Source: Lama glama (taxonomy: Eukaryota). From it: DNA of 64,000 nt. The stretch's first letter is position 1. Each line of letters starts with the position of its first letter. The stretch is from assembly GCA_028534125.1 (NCBI GenBank), contig CM052818.1:42162001-42226000 (forward strand), written 5' to 3'. Of the stretch, positions 23,906-38,727 are shown in pieces. The position numbers and the translations under genes are program-made. The notes under the pieces are model-generated. The model saw only the letters and a list, made by a program, of their open reading frames with translations, did no database searches and was not told the DNA's origin.

Positions 23906-26400
23906 CTACCTTTTGATCATGTCACATATATACCTGTATGTTTGCACGTGGGTTTCCTCCATTGTATTTAGGTATATATCCACTGCTGTGCATAATTCCA
24001 GGGGATGCCATTTGCTTAAAACTCATGTGAATGGCATGTGAAGTCCACAGCTCCAGTTACACTGAATGTTCCTTGAAAGCACGGACTGTCCTTTTTCCTT
24101 AGCACTTTTATATTTTCTTGAACGTGGTAGGTGTCTAATTTATGTTTGATGAGTAAGCGCGTGTTTGCAAGTGGGATGGGGAAGCAGATGCTGGGAGGGC
24201 ATTACAGGGCATAGTCCACTGACTTGCTCACAGCTGGCACTTGGTTGCTTTTGTTCAATAAATATAGACCAGCAAACTTCCTTTTCAGTAACCTGAAGGG
24301 AAGTGTCTTTAAGCAAAGATGTGGAAGGGGCCACAACGGAAAAGGGCAAGGTAGATCCTTGAAGTAAACGCTATGAATGGTGGCTGTGCCTGAGTTTTTA
24401 AGATGTTTGTTCTCACTACTCCACGTGCGTCTTTATTCCAGTGAAGAGCATGTACAATCCAAGATTGCCTTCCGTGGCAGTAGTTGTAGGTACCCAGTAC
24501 TCAGTAAATATTTGTTGATTGGATTAGAATATGAAAGATAGTTCTAGTATCTGGGGTTATTATTCGATATTAGAAAGCAGTTATAAATAGGAAATGGTCT
24601 TTGTGAAAAAATGCAAGGCTGAAACACTCGTTTTAGGAGACAGCTCTGCCTTTTGCAGGATGGGGCTGGGGCTGCTGTTCCCCCACTTTAGTTTTGTAGT
24701 GAGTGCAAGTGACTCTGATCACTTGCTCTAATATCGCATACTTAACCTGCTTGTGTGTGGTGCGCACGTGGATAAAAAATGACTTGTGAATTGCTACTTT
24801 AATTTGTAATTTGGTGGTAGTTGTGGATTGTAGGTGGCTAATGTATGTTTCCTTTTTTCCTAAAGAGTAAAGTAGTAATAGTTTCTTATGATTATGGGCT
24901 GTTATAAATATGGAAACTAATTAGAAACCATCACGGAACACAACAAAAAAGCGTTAAAATAATAGACTCATTAAAAAAAGTCACCCTCTTCCTCCAATAA
25001 ATTCTGTGAAGTTTTGACAGAACAAATTTATGTCTCCCTCCCTCCCCTTTTCCAACAAAAAGAACAACAATTATTTACGAGAATATTAAAGATGAAAGTA
25101 ATGAACATTTACTTAGGTCTCATTCATGCTAATTTATATGTAATATCTCATTTAATCTTTTCCCTAAGTTGTGAAGCTATTACTTGGCCTACTTTATTGA
25201 AAAGAAAATGAAATCAGATTGGCTATTTTGTCCAGGTTACACATAGAGAGGGTTTAAATCAGGTCAGTTTTACTTCAAAGATCATGTCCTTTCTGCTCAA
25301 TTCCATTTGGAGGCTGAATAGTTCAATTTCTTGAGGAAATTTATTTCCGTATTTATACCTGGCTTTTGTTATAACAATATTTTAATAAATGACTAAAAAT
25401 CTTAAAGTCTTTAAAATTTGTTTTAAAAGTAATGCTTAATCATTTTACAAATATTAGAAAATATAGTTAAGTATTTAGGAAAGAAGCACAAGTTTTACTA
25501 TCCAGAGTTGTCTACTATTAACATTTTGGTATATGGTTCTTTGAAACTTTTCTGTGTGTGTAACATATTTACATATAGGTAGTAGAATGATACTGTACAT
25601 TCTATTTGATGCCTTTTTCTTGATAAATTTTGAAAATTAGTATGTTGTCAGCATCTTTCCCTGTAGTAATTGCATAATATTTCATTGAGATTATATAGTA
25701 AAATCTAATACTTAATCACTTTATATTGGCTATACTTTTCTCTTTCATAAATTAGGCTGCCTTAATTTCCTTGATATCTGTGCTTATCTGTAATTATTCC
25801 CCAGGGATAACTTTACAGAACTTATATTGCTGGATCAAATACTAAGGACATGAAAGTTTTGGGTAATTGTCACAATTATTTTCTAAAAGGTTTATCAATT
25901 TTCACTTTTGAAGATATAATTATTAGGCTACTTCGGTATATATTTTAAGATTGCAGATTTTAAATAGGTCACTGATATAAATATGATCACTTTCTATTTG
26001 ACTTACTAAAACAAGACTTTTTTTTCCTAAGTGATTAAACTTTGTAATATGATGTAGACCAGTGGTTCTTAACCAGGATCAATCTATGGAGCTTAAAAAA
26101 CATACATATTTTTGCTTGGGCCCTACCTCAGATTCATTGGACCAGAGCCTTTGGGGATGGGATTATGCTTGTATCACTTGTATTCCTAGTGTAGCTTTGT
26201 CCCTAGTGAAATAAGAAGGTTGGAAGAAAACTTTGTCACCCATGAGAAGAGTCTTGAGGCACAGAACTATCTGTGTGAGAGAAGGAATGATTTAATGTTG
26301 TCTAAAGAAGTTGCCTGCTCTGAAGTGTTTGTGGTGACATACTGTTATAGAGTACTGTTGTTATGGCAAAACTGTTGTCTTAATTTTACACATTTTGCAG

Positions 26401-26444
26401 GTCTGCAAAAGATGATTTTACATCTATTATTGGGAAATGCCAAG
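26401..26444 (+). CDS. NBAS: NBAS coding exon 6 (44 nt; SAKDDFTSIIGKCQ(V))
   Basis: TTGCAG acceptor, AAG|GTAAGA donor, phase 2->1, peptide matches NBAS. Confidence 0.96.
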
Positions 26445-28319
26445 GTAAGAGTTTCCAAAATCTTTTAAAAATGAAAAATTCAAATCTGCATCAGTTAACA
26501 ATATTTCTTCAAAGTCAGAATAGGTATTAAATAAGTATTAACAAAGATTCTTACAACTTTATTAAAATAATTTTAAAACATCTTAATTGATTTCTCTTAA
26601 GTGTTTTGCTTTAAGATGTGAATTTTGGAGAGATTTGAAATTGAAACTGTTTTAAAAAAGTCTAAGCCAGTTTTGGGGTAAAGAATTGGTAAGTGTATAC
26701 AGTCTTTTATTTTGATTTCAGTGCAGAAAAGAATTTATAGATAGGTAAAGAGTTGGTCAGATATAGACTAGTAAATATAGTCTTGGATTTGATCATTTTT
26801 TGATATATGATTCAGCAAAAGTTTCCTGAGTATCATTTATGTGTATGAAACATTTTTCTGGGTCCTAGGGATATGATTGTGAGCAGAAATGCATGGTCCC
26901 TTACCTCATGAGTCATGTAGACACTCAAGTATATACTTAACAGACTTCGACAAATCCTGATGAAGGAAAAATACAGAGTGAGAGTTTAACTAGGGGTGTG
27001 AGATGATATTGTTGAGAGGAAGTGACTTTCAGAAAGCAACCTTAATGAGTAGAAGGTAGAAGATGGGGGGGTGTTTCGATTTGAGGGAGCCGTGTGTGAA
27101 AAGGCAGGGGGAACCGTACGGGAGGAAGATAATTAAGAGGGTGTTGACAGGCAAGTGCATCTATTACCTGCGTTTCATTTACAGGGCCTGCAGTTACGTT
27201 TGTCTGACCCTGTGTTGGTTTAACAGTGTTAAACTGTTGTAGGACTCACAGTGATCATAATCACGGTCACTGGGATGATGACAAACATTTATGGTGCCCT
27301 TACTGTGTGCCAGCCACTGTATTTAATGCTTTACATGCATTTTCTCCTTTGATTGAAAGCACATGGTATGCATATTTTATCTTAAAGCAGCATTAGGATG
27401 AAATAAATAATCGAAGTGAAAGAGCTCAGAGCAGGGAGGCATTGGTAGTTGTGAAACCGGCAAAATCGTGCCAGTGCTGAGGACTCTCCCCGGCTGGTCT
27501 TAAGCTTCCGGTCCAAGGTGCCATTAGTGGCCACGGGCTAGTTTCCTTCTCATTTTCTCATTCTCAGCTGTCCAGGTATGTTCAGAAGATTAAAGATCAA
27601 TGGTTTAAAAAATGTTTTGAGTCCCATAGGAATGGCAATATTAATTCTATTAGTGTGTCAGAATCATTATTCTTACACAATTCCATGTATACTAGTGGAT
27701 AAAGTAGTAATAAAGTTCTTGTGGAGTTGTTTTTACATATAGTGTGTAACTTAAAGGCAAATGTGAAACTTCCTACATATTTATATAAATTTACCTCCCC
27801 TTCTTATAATCTGCTCCTTCTGTTACTTGGAGTACACTGTTATCTCAGTGCCCTGGTTAGTGGTACCATTGTCTGTACCAAGCCAGAAATCTAGACGTCT
27901 TCTCTTCTTTTTCCGTCTCTCCTTTCCCTCTTTTCTTTCATCCACAAATATTTAGTTGCCACTCTGTGCCAGGCACTGTTGTCCTAGGCATTATGTATAT
28001 GGTGAGGTATAAGATACGGGTTACCTAGATTTATAGTCCATCTGGGAAGAGAGAGAGAAGTAACTCATTGCACTTATACTGATACGATGGAGAAGCCTCA
28101 GCTTAACTTCGCCACATCCTGGGCGTCTGTGTAAATGGCTCTTGCTTCCTGCTTGTGTACGTCAGTTATCACAGCCCTAGCTCAGGCTCTTAACATCTTT
28201 TCACTTGGTTTCTTGCAACAGTCTCCTGACAAGGCTTTCTTCTGTATGTTCTTCACTAATCCATACTTTACACTGCTTGTCAAATTGATCATCTTTCAAT
28301 GAGGATTCTATCAAGGTGA

Positions 28320-28545
28320 CCCTTCAAGTCTGGCTGTACTGCTTTCTAGGTAGTAATCTTGGACAAGTCACTTTACCTCTCTGAGCCTCAATTGTCTGTA
28401 ATATGGGCATGATCTTACAGATCGGGTTGTGGAAAAATGATGTGAGCTGATATACATGTAAAGTTCTTAGCATAATGTCTGACATACTGAGTACTTAGGA
28501 GTCATTAAGCTGTTATCAGTCACCACTACTAGTGTTATTATTCTG
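28320..28545 (+). mobile_element. MIR inserted among L2 fragments
   Basis: CTTGGACAAGTCACTTTACCTCTCTGAGCCTCAATT…CATGTAAAGTTCTTAGCATAATGTCTGACATA. Confidence 0.8.
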
Positions 28546-30944
28546 CCTAAAACCTTTCATTGTTCACCGTTGACTGTAGAATGCAGTTCATATTTTCTAG
28601 TTCAGGACACGAGACCTTCCAGAGTCTGCCTGCCTGTCCTGTAAGGCGGCCCTGTCGTGTGTCCTGTGTTCTGGGACAGAGTAGCTTACAGTTTCCCAGC
28701 CCCATAGTGCTTTCCATGCTTAGCACAGGTAGCTCCTTTAGCCTAGGTGCTCCCACCTTTGTATTTAATTAGTCCTGCATGTTTTAGGTCGAGCATTAGC
28801 TTTTTTGGGAAACCTTTTTTCCGTACTCTCTTCTTCATGAATTGTGCGTCTTAATGTTTCTGTAGGACTTTTTGTACCAGTATCACTACACCTAGCCTTA
28901 TCTGCTTTCCTTTTTTACTTGTTGACTTGCTTGTCTGATTCCTAATTAGATAGTAAATTCTTTGAAGGAAGGGCTCCTGCCTCACTCAACTTTTTTTTTT
29001 TAATTTTTAGTGCCACTAGTAAGAATATAACTTTTGACCATATCCAAGTGGATATTTGCTTATTTCTTCTGAGTTAATTTTAGAAATCCATGAGTGTGTG
29101 TATATATAGGTATATAATATATACATTTTGTATTATATACTCATATATGAGTTTATGAATTGTCATATTCAAATTTTTTATTCCTGTTGTACACAAATGT
29201 GTATACAGACCGCAACTGGAACAATAAGTGTAGATAAAAAGCCATATTTGCTTAGTATCCTTTTGAGAATAATAGGAGGGGAGTAGTTTTTGTGAAATCC
29301 TAAACTTGGGGCTCTGGCATTTTCTGAATTTGCTTCCTATGCTTTCTTCACCAGCACTTACTAAAGTAGACCAGGCCTGCCTTAAATAATGTATAAGGAT
29401 CAATAAGTTCCCAGAAGAGTAATTTGGGGATATTCAATTGCCTTTTTCCCCTTGCTTCCCTTTTGTTGGATGAGGGCTTAGGGAGCTTGTGGTGGGCTTC
29501 TGAGAAAGGATGCTCAGAATGTTGGAGTAATTCAGACATACAGGACCCTTTGAGCTTTGACACTAGACACCTGCTCTGAGCCAGTAAGTAAATTGAGAAG
29601 TCTATAAGTTAACATGACAATAGGAAGCTTAACCCTTTTGTATTTCATACAGATTGTAATATTTGTTAAGAGCTTTTACTGTGTACAGTTAATATGGTAG
29701 TATGAATGAGATAATAATGCTTTGAGAACTGATGTTTTATTTTGTTGGCTTCTGAATGTATAAATTGATGACTTTAATGCTGCATTAATGGCTTCTTTCC
29801 GTTTCATATAATGTGAGGTAATAATCATTTGCTTATTATCTAACTCATCTTGATAGGAATAACTCTCATATGCCAAGTGATATTTCCTGTGTACGCCTGG
29901 AGAGAAGGAGCCAGATTGTTGTTAATGCGTTTTTGAAACTACATATTGTAGAGTCTGCAAACTAAGATAGGAGCTATTTGATTCCGCTTTGATATTTTTC
30001 AATTAAAATGTATGCTATTTGAGAATGTTCTAAATGTGGATTACAACTTGTTTTGGCTGTGTTTGCCAGGCCATAGATAGTAATTTAGTCTTCTCCTTCT
30101 GTCTTGAATAGTGACCTGAAAGTAGCACATGGAATTGTATATTTTTAGAGCTGTACTGTGTTCATCAGGAGAGTTTTCTCCTGTTTCTGGTTTTGAGATC
30201 CCATAAATCAGAGCATCCTAATGCTAAGCAGCAGCTTGCCTCTTGTAGATGTGCTGAGGTCCCATTGCCCTGGGACAGCATGAGCTCAGACTTGTTGCCT
30301 CCCGTTTCCGGCAGCCTCGTCAATTTACCCATAGCGCCATACAAGCATAATATTCGGTGTGTCTTGACATGAAAAAGGCTGAGAAGCATAGCCTGTGGAA
30401 GCACCCAGATTTTGAAATGAAACATCTCATTCTCAAACTGTGATTCAGGAACCTCAGATTATATGATAACTTCATTTTCATATTTTTAGATTAAAATTCT
30501 TATTGAAAAAATAATACGCTTTCTCAGTAAAAACTTTAGAAACTAAGAATGAGGAAAAAGTAGAAAATTAAAGTAGGCACACCATCCAGAGAGAAGTACT
30601 GTTAACATTTTATGATCTGTTCTTTCAGACGTTTTTCTGTATTAGTGTGGATATGTTCTGTGAAAGTGAAATGTTTTATAATCTGCTTTCTTCTCTTAAA
30701 GGTAGGTTGTTAAGTTGTTGAGGTTGAAGTTCAAGAAGAACTTTCCAAAGGATCTTTTTTGATCTTTTTTTTTCCCTGGATAACATCCAAGTGTTAGGAC
30801 ATAGGTCTCCCAACTACCCAAATTATCCAGAAAGTGCCGACAGATTTGATCTCTGCGCAGTAAGCACCTCAGTGTTGCACTTGATTTCACAGTCGGGGTG
30901 GAACCATCATTAGGCCTTTGTGTGCAGATAGTTGTGAATAAAAC

Positions 30945-33900
30945 AGTTAGCAGATTATTGCATCTGTGTTCCTGGGGATATTGGTTTATACATTTTTTTT
31001 GGTGATGTCTTTCTGATTTGCTATTGGAGTAGCACTGGTCTCAACATGAGTTGGCAAGTGTTCCTTTTTATTTTCTGCAAGAGTTTGTGTAGAACTGGAA
31101 TTATTTCTTAAATATTTGATAGAATTCACCAGTGAAACTTGGAGCTTTGAAGTTTTTAAAATAGGCATAAAGCTTTTTAAAATTTCAGTTTCCTCTTTTT
31201 TCAGTTCCAGTTTTTATGAAATTTTCCCTAAATTGTAGACCATATTGGCTTAAAGTTATTTATATACTATTTCCTTATTATCCTTTTATTGTCTGTCAGA
31301 TCTGTACTGATGTCCCTTTTTGTTCTTGATATTTGCAGTTTGTGTTCTCTTTCTTGTCTCTTGATCAGTCAGGACAGAGTTTTATCAATTTTTTAATATT
31401 TAATAAACTAAATTTTGGTTTGTTTTTCTATTGTATGTCTGTTTTCTTTGATTTTTGCTTTTATTTCCTTTCTGCTGGATATGTTTTGCTCTTATTTGAC
31501 TAGATGGAAGATGGAAGTTTAGATCGCTGACTTTAAACATTTTTTTCTTCAACAAGCATTTTTGTTACTGATATCTAATTTAATTCTGCTGTGGTCAGAG
31601 ACTGTATTCAATATGATTTTAACCTTTTAAATTTATTAAAGCTTGATTTATGTACCACAATATGGTCTGTTTTCAAAAGAATTAAATTCTTGCTATGGTG
31701 CAGTTATTGAGTATAGTGAGTGGTTTATAAATGTCGATTTAATTGAGTTGGGTGTTAGAGCTGTTCAGATTTTTGTATCTTTACTGATTTTCTGTCTAGT
31801 TGTTCTATGAATTCCTGAGAGAGGAGGGCTGAGATTTCCAAATATAATTGTGTATCTGTTTATCTTACCGTTTAGTTCTGTCATTCTTTATGTATTTAGG
31901 ATTCTAGTTTTTAGGGGCTTACATGTTATTTTGTCTTGATGAAATGGCTCCTCTACTGTGATGAAATGTCCCTTTCTATCTCTAGTAATTCTCTTTGTCC
32001 TGGGTTCTATTTTTATCAAATATTAATATAGTTACTCTGGCTTTTTTTATGATTAGCATTTACATGACATCTTTTTCTCTCTTTATATTTATCTGTGTAT
32101 CTTTTTTTAATGCACATCTCTTGTAGAAAGCATATAATTGAGTCTTGCTTTTATTTTTAGTCTGATAATTTCTGTCATTTAATTTTAGTGTTTAGAACAT
32201 TTACATTTAATGAAGTTATTGAACTGATTAGGTTTAATTTTACCTTCTTGTTTTTCTATTTGTCCTGTCTCTTCTGTTTTCTTTTAGTGTTTGTTTTAGG
32301 ATTTATAATGTACATTTAAAAATTATTTTATTACACAGTATGCACCCATGCCTGCCTTCTCCTTTGTACTGTTGTCAGATTTGTTTATATACATTAAACT
32401 GTCACAATATATTGTTTTTGTCAAGTAACTCTTTAAGAAATTAAAAAACAAGGACAAGTCTTTTATATTTACTTCTGTTTTCCATTTCTATTACTTTTCA
32501 ACTTTTTCCTTCTGTAAAACTGAGTTTCTGATGGATAGTTTTCCTTCAACTTAAAGAATTTATTTAATATTTCTTATAATGCATGTTTGTTGACAAATTC
32601 TCTGCATTGGTCTGAAACCATCTTTGATTTTTGCCTTTATTTTTAAAAAATACTTTCTCTGGATATAGAATTCCAGGTTGACCTTTTTTTTTCCTTTTAG
32701 CTCTTTAGAGATGTCATTGCATTGTTTTGTTTTTGACCAGCAGTCATTGCTGTTCTTGCTTCCCTGTAGGTAACGTGTCCTTTTTCTCCAGCGCTTTTAA
32801 GATGTTCTCTTTATCATTGGTTTCAGAAATTTTATTATCATGTTACTTGGTTTTATTTTCTCAGTTTAGCTTGCTAGAGGTTCATTGAGCCTCTTAGATG
32901 AGTGGATTTTTAGATTTCATCACATTTGCAAAATTTATGGACGTTATTTAAAATTCAAATACACTTTCTTCGCTCAGTCTCTCTTCCTCTGTTTTCTGGC
33001 GCTCTAAGTATATGTATTGTAGATGGGCTGTGATTATTCCACTGGCTGCTGATGTTGTTTCTTTAGTTTTTTCCTCCATTTTTCAGTTTGGATTGTTTCT
33101 TTTGTGAAGTGTTTAAGGTGGAAGATTTTTTTCCCTCTCTGCATTGTTTAATTTGTTTTTAACTCCATCCAGTGAATTTTTCATTTCAGGTGTTTTCTTT
33201 TTCATTTTTAAAATTTGTTTGATATTTTATAGTTTCCATCAGATTCTGTTGAGAGCCTCTATTCCCCCATCTTTATGTTTTCCTTCATATTCCCAAATAT
33301 GTTTTAATAGCTCTGTTGACATCCTTGTCTACTTATTTCTCAGTATGTGTGATTTCTGGGTATGTTTATGTTGATGAACTTTCTTCATGATTATGGGTTA
33401 TATTTTCCTGCTTCGCATGTCTAGCAACTTTAGATTGTATGCTGTAACTCATAATTGTTACTGAGTGTCTGATATTTATACCTCCCCTAATTTACTGAGT
33501 TTTGTTCTGGGAAGTAGTTGATTTCTGTGGATTGCCTTAATTTTGAAAGACTTCTTTTTAAGACTTAATTTTTTTTAAGACTTAAATCTTAAAATATTTT
33601 TTAAAAATTAAGTTAAAAACCACATGTAAGATAAGGTTTAGAACAGTTTTTATGTTGAGGGTTTTTCAGCCCTGCTTTAAGGTGAGGCCTTTCTAAGATC
33701 TTTTGCAGATGCTCAGAGTGTTCAGTAGTCTCTCCGCTGTGACGAGGTGGAGCTCATACCTTTTCAAATGCTCTCCAATCTCTGATAGTTGTTTTTCTAC
33801 GATACTTTTCCTTTTCTTGGCCTTATAGAATCTCTGCATGTGTGTAGCTTTGTATTTGGCCAAAGACCCAAGGAGTCTTCTCTGCAGATTTTTAAAGTTC

Positions 33901-34150
33901 CTTTTCTGCCTCACTCACTTCTCTGCCTTGCAAATTCTAGTCAGCTTAGAAACTCCAGACTCCATCCTTTATCTCTGCTCAGTGAGACTTCTGTTTGATG
34001 TCCCTCTTCCTGCAGCACATTCCAGAAAGTGCTTCCTGGCAGAGAGCAGGGGTGGTCCTGGGGCTCACCTCATCTGTTTCACTTCTGTTTGTACTGCTTG
34101 TCGTAAAATACCTGAAAACCATTCTTTGACATAGTTTAATTTTATGGTGG
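30945..34150 (-). mobile_element. Long degraded ancient L1 (L1M-type; ORF2 N-terminal region through ORF1 and 5' region), antisense in intron 6
   Basis: T-rich strand with L1 motifs (TAGAATTCACCAGTGAAAC, CTGTGGTCAGAGA, GGATATAGAATTCCAGGTTGAC). ORF 30986..31168(-) is a frameshifted ORF2 remnant. Confidence 0.85.
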
Positions 34151-35629
34151 GAGGCCTACTCTGAAACGAGTAACTCTTTTTTTTTCTCTTTTAATTACAA
34201 AAGCAGTACATAATTGTAACAAATTCAAACAGTATGGAAGTAGCAAAAGTAACAAAAAGATTGTTTTATCTTCTCAGTTTGCATTCTTCATAGCAACTTA
34301 TGTTAATGATTTAATATAAAATCTTCTATGCTTGTATGAACCTGTGTATACACGATTGTATAAATAGGTACAACTTTCAGGAAGGAATTTTGGCAGTAGC
34401 TCTCACACACACAAAAATCTTCTACCTCAAAGGCTTTGCAAAAGAAACTATCCAAATTGAAAAATGGAGGAAAAAACTAAAGAAGTGGAACATTAGTAGC
34501 TAGTGGAATAATCACAACCCATCACAGAGTATAACACATATAATTAGGGTGCCAGAAAACAGGGGAGGAGACATTGAGTTAAGAAATTTATATACATGGA
34601 TTGACTTTTTTGGGGGTAACAAAACAAGGTCATCTCATGTAGTTCTCCAGTTTGCTCCCCCACTTACTGAATTGGTGATATCTTTCCCAGTCAGTGTGTA
34701 CAGACGTAATTCGGTCTTTTAAATGTAGTCACAGTATTCCATTGTGAGAATGCGAGCCACATTTTCTTTCTTTCTTTCTTGGCAGAAGTTTAGACTGTGG
34801 CTTCTTTCTTATTTCTTTTGCCCATCTCACTCCCCTCCCCTTCTAACCGCGCTGGAAAAGACACCTGTTTGTCTATAGGTGTAGTATTCACAGTGTGACA
34901 GCTACTGCCATAATTCCTTCCTGAAAGTTGTACCTATTTATACAACCATGAAAAAGATATGATTGAAGCCATTTCTCTTCTCCATTGTCAGCACCATATG
35001 TTACCTATTTCTAACATATTCATCAGGTTGCAGGCACAGGGAGAAACGCATCTCATGTTCAATTTGCATATCTTTAGTTATTAGAACATATGTTAAGTGG
35101 CTATTTTTATTTTTATTTTTTGTGGATTGTTAGATCATATCCTTTTGCCTATATTCTTCTTACATTAGTTGACTTTTCCTTACTGGTTTGTAGTTTTTCT
35201 ATGTAGTATGAATATTACTCTTGTCATAAATGTTACAAATATTTTTCCCGATCGATCTGTCTTTTAAATGTGTTATGGCTTTTTTTTTCCATGAAGCTTT
35301 TTTTTCTTTTGGTGTCTGCATTTGTCATTTTTCTTTTTTCCTTTGTAACTTCCGAGTTTCTTATCATGCTTAGACCTTGCTTATTCTAGGACTGTAAAAT
35401 GTTTCCCATATCTTCCACCAACACTGTTACTTCACACATTTAAATATTTAGCTCCTCTGCATGTCTTTCTAGTGCCACTAGTTTGCTGTTGCTGATTTTT
35501 AATGTAAAAGTCAAAGGATGTTTGGGAGAGAGCGCTCCGTGAAGCCTTGGTGATTGCCCCATGGTCACACCCAGCTGTTTCATGGCATCACTGAGAATAA
35601 AACCAGGTGTTCCTCGTTTTATTTTTCTC

Positions 35630-36070
35630 CCTTTTCCATTTCTAGTTTGGGTAAATGAGCAGTGGATTGAAGCGTGCTCCTTAGCCCCTGAGTGCTGCTG
35701 TGTACGGCACAGGGCTGGGCGCTGGTGGTAAAGTGATGGACAAGATGGGCAACACCTGACATTGTGGAACTCAGAGCTTAACGCTTAAGGCATACAATGA
35801 AAAGTAGACAAATACTATACTTACATGGCATAAGGGCTGTAAAAGATGTGGAATCATTGGAATGGGGGAGAACAGTGGGGTCTCGAGGCTGCTTAGACAG
35901 GGCAGTCAGAGAGGGCTGGTGAGACTTACATTGAGATGAGAAAGATGGAAAGGAGCCAGGGGCAGAGTGTTCCAGGCAGAGAAGACAGCACCGACAGAAG
36001 CCCTGAGCTGAAAGGAGCTTGGCGTCTGGGCAGGCTGGAGGGGCCGCAGCTGGTGCAGGAGGTGAGTGAG
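35630..36070 (-). mobile_element. L2 fragment
   Basis: GGGGCAGAGTGTTCCAGGCAGAGAAGACAGCA…GAAGCCCTGAG motif typical of L2. Confidence 0.7.
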
Positions 36071-37229
36071 TGTAAACAGTTTCACCAGGAACACGGCAGT
36101 TGTCAAATTGCTCGTTAATTTTATCATCAGCCTTTTTGAATACTTTTCAGAAAACTTCATTGTCACTTAACTTTGTGAAAATCTGTACTATTTCCAAAAC
36201 CACATAGGGTGCTGGAAAAATCTGGTGATAATGTCTTTATTTTTGCATTGTTATGTGAAACCTTATCTTGTAATGAAAACATATCTTTATCTGGGTCAAA
36301 ACACATGCTGAGTTTTCTGGAGCTACTGGTTATAACTAGAAGTAATAGTAAAGATAAATTCCCTTCGGATGGAACTTACTTCAGACAGATACAATGTGGT
36401 GCGTAAATCTGTTTATCCTCTTATCAAAATGAAAGATCTGTTACCGCAAGTAAAACAGTAATAATGGAAAAATGTTGCTGTGTTTCTTTAGCCCGTGAAT
36501 CCTTCTCAGGGCATTGCATTGCCTTCTTGCTGCTGTTCACATAGTATCTGTGTAGGTGCGGGTCTTGTAGTCTTGTGTTGTTGGTCATTTTGTGCCTAAG
36601 TTTACTTCCAAGTTTGATTTTTTTTTCCTTTTAAAGCTATCTGAGGACAGAGAACTGATCTTTTTCTTCATTTTATTCCCCTCTTTAAAAAACTGCTTTT
36701 CCAGAGTATATGTGGTATTTTGTTAGACTTTAATAAAATTCACTAGACCCTCTGTGTTCGAGGGCCTCTCTCAGATTTTTTTTGCCATGCTTTTTCACCT
36801 CTTGATACATAGTCATAATGAAGAAACTCATTGGCATTTGGTGAACTTTTCCATGTCTAGAACATGTTTTACATATATTGCAGAGATAAGAGGGAACTTG
36901 AACCCTACAGTACCTTCTTCAGGTGGAGAGAAGACTTTGGTTACATAACTCACATTTAATCGTTAGTCTCTGAGGATGGTAAGCCCTTAGCTTTTCCTTG
37001 CCCCGTTGCTGTAGATTTTCCTGACAGGCTTGGGCCTCACTCATCAGGGAAACATTACCACTTTCCAGTCCAGGTCTTGGGGGGGTAGTGTTGAATGAGA
37101 CGTCGTCTCAGACTTGTGCGGACAACAGTCATGTAAACAGCATAATCTGGTGTGAAAATGCTATGAGAGATGGTTGTACAGCATTTTGGGGGCACAGAGG
37201 ACAGTGGTCAGTTTTGAAGAGTGTCAAAG

Positions 37230-37730
37230 GAGGAGGAGGTGGCAGTTTGTCACTGCAGTTGTAATAAACACGAACCGTTTGAGCAGTGTTGGAGATGAAT
37301 GTTCTAGGGGAAATGGCTGTGTGTGCGGTAGACACAGAGACTGGAGCATGTGTGGTTTACTCGCCAAGTAGTTGTGTTACTAGTGGGTTATTAGGTGTCT
37401 GATGGAGGAAGGAGTGGGAGGACAGCTACGATGGGACCATTCATGAAGGGCCTTTCATGTATGTGGAGGAGTTTGGACTTTGATGTTGTTGGAAATGGAC
37501 AAGCATCAGGGATTTAGCAGCAGAAGCTTGTGATCTGGTCATCTTCCTACTTTACAAAGGTATTTTTGGACACTATTGAGGAAGCATTAGAAGAGAGGAG
37601 ACTGAAGGTGGCAAGATCAGTTAGGAGGCTGTGGTGAGAGACTAAGTGAGAGGTGATGCAGCCTGAATGAGGATATCAGCAGAAAAATAGAGAGAAGGCG
37701 ATGAATTCTGGAAACATATCTGAGGCAGCA
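37230..37730 (-). mobile_element. L2 fragment
   Basis: GGAGTTTGGACTTT…, CAGTTAGGAGGCTGTGG…GTGAGAGGTGATG motifs. Confidence 0.7.
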
Positions 37731-38593
37731 CCCCTCAGGCTAAACCAGGCTCTGGCCGAGGGGCAGTGTGTTGTGATGGGCACACACTGTGTGGGGAACC
37801 CTTGGGCTCTGGGCTTCATTCTGATCCTGACTTGTGGTGTCACCTCGAGTCTCCTAACCATTTGCAATTTTTGTCGGTGAAGGGAAGACACTGGTCCAAC
37901 CTGTCTCTTCAGTTCTGAGATTCTAATAAGGGGAAACAGAAGCAAACGAAAGATCAAAACCCTCAAACAAACCTCACACAGTTTAGAGTTTCACAGCCCC
38001 TTTTTCTGGTGCAGCTGGTGGCCTTTCTATTGCTGTACTGAACAATTCAGAACAGAAGGAAATACAGGTGTTGGATGATGAAAGTGTTGCTGATCAAAAT
38101 CTTTTGTGTGATTGGCTAAGATCAGTTCTTGATTCACTTGCCTAATGCACATATGTATTTTTTTTCTTTTTCTAATCCTGTGTCAGTATCATCCCACTTT
38201 ATATTTCTTTAGCATCTATATTTGGTATACATATTTAAAAGATCTCAGTTGAAATTTTCTTCTTTTTTGCCTTTGAAGGAACTGAACTCATTGCATTGCA
38301 GTTATTTTCTGCCTGGCCTCTATGCTTTTGATCTCTCTGAATTCCCTGAGTCTTTGGAGGTGTATCATTCCTGAAGGGTTAGCGGACGGGGTCTGCTCAC
38401 GTAAGTGGGAGCAGGCTTGTCAGGGTCTGTATTTCCCGCTCTTACTTTCTGGGAACTGTTCCTTTCTACCGAACAGAAGTGTTAGAGACCCTTAGGAAGT
38501 GAGGTAATACTCGAATACTTTCTTTAGTTGCAGGAACTACAAGTGTTTACTGTCTTTGCAATGTTAAAGGCACTTCTTTCCTTTTCGTTCTAG

Positions 38594-38727
38594 TTCCAAA
38601 AGACCCAAAACCCCAGTGGAGACGGGTGGCGTGGAGCTACGACTGTACCCTGCTGGCCTATGCCGAAAGCACGGGGACTGTGCGGGTGTTTGATCTTATG
38701 GGAAGTGAACTCTTCGTTATTACTCCG
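38594..38727 (+). CDS. NBAS: NBAS coding exon 7 (134 nt; PKDPKPQWRRVAWSYDCTLLAYAESTGTVRVFDLMGSELFVITP)
   Basis: Pyrimidine tract and TTCTAG acceptor; donor CCG|GTTCGT (weak). WD40-like peptide matching NBAS. Confidence 0.95.

Noticed and set aside
30700..30930. Non-repeat-looking segment considered as a processed-pseudogene fragment
   Set aside because: No frame I translated gives a peptide I recognise, and there is no poly(A) or TSD. It cannot be supported without a search.
37096..37110. TGAGACG-T-CGTCTCA palindrome resembling back-to-back BsmBI sites of a cloning cassette
   Set aside because: No vector, promoter or scaffold sequence nearby; a 7-bp-arm palindrome is expected by chance.
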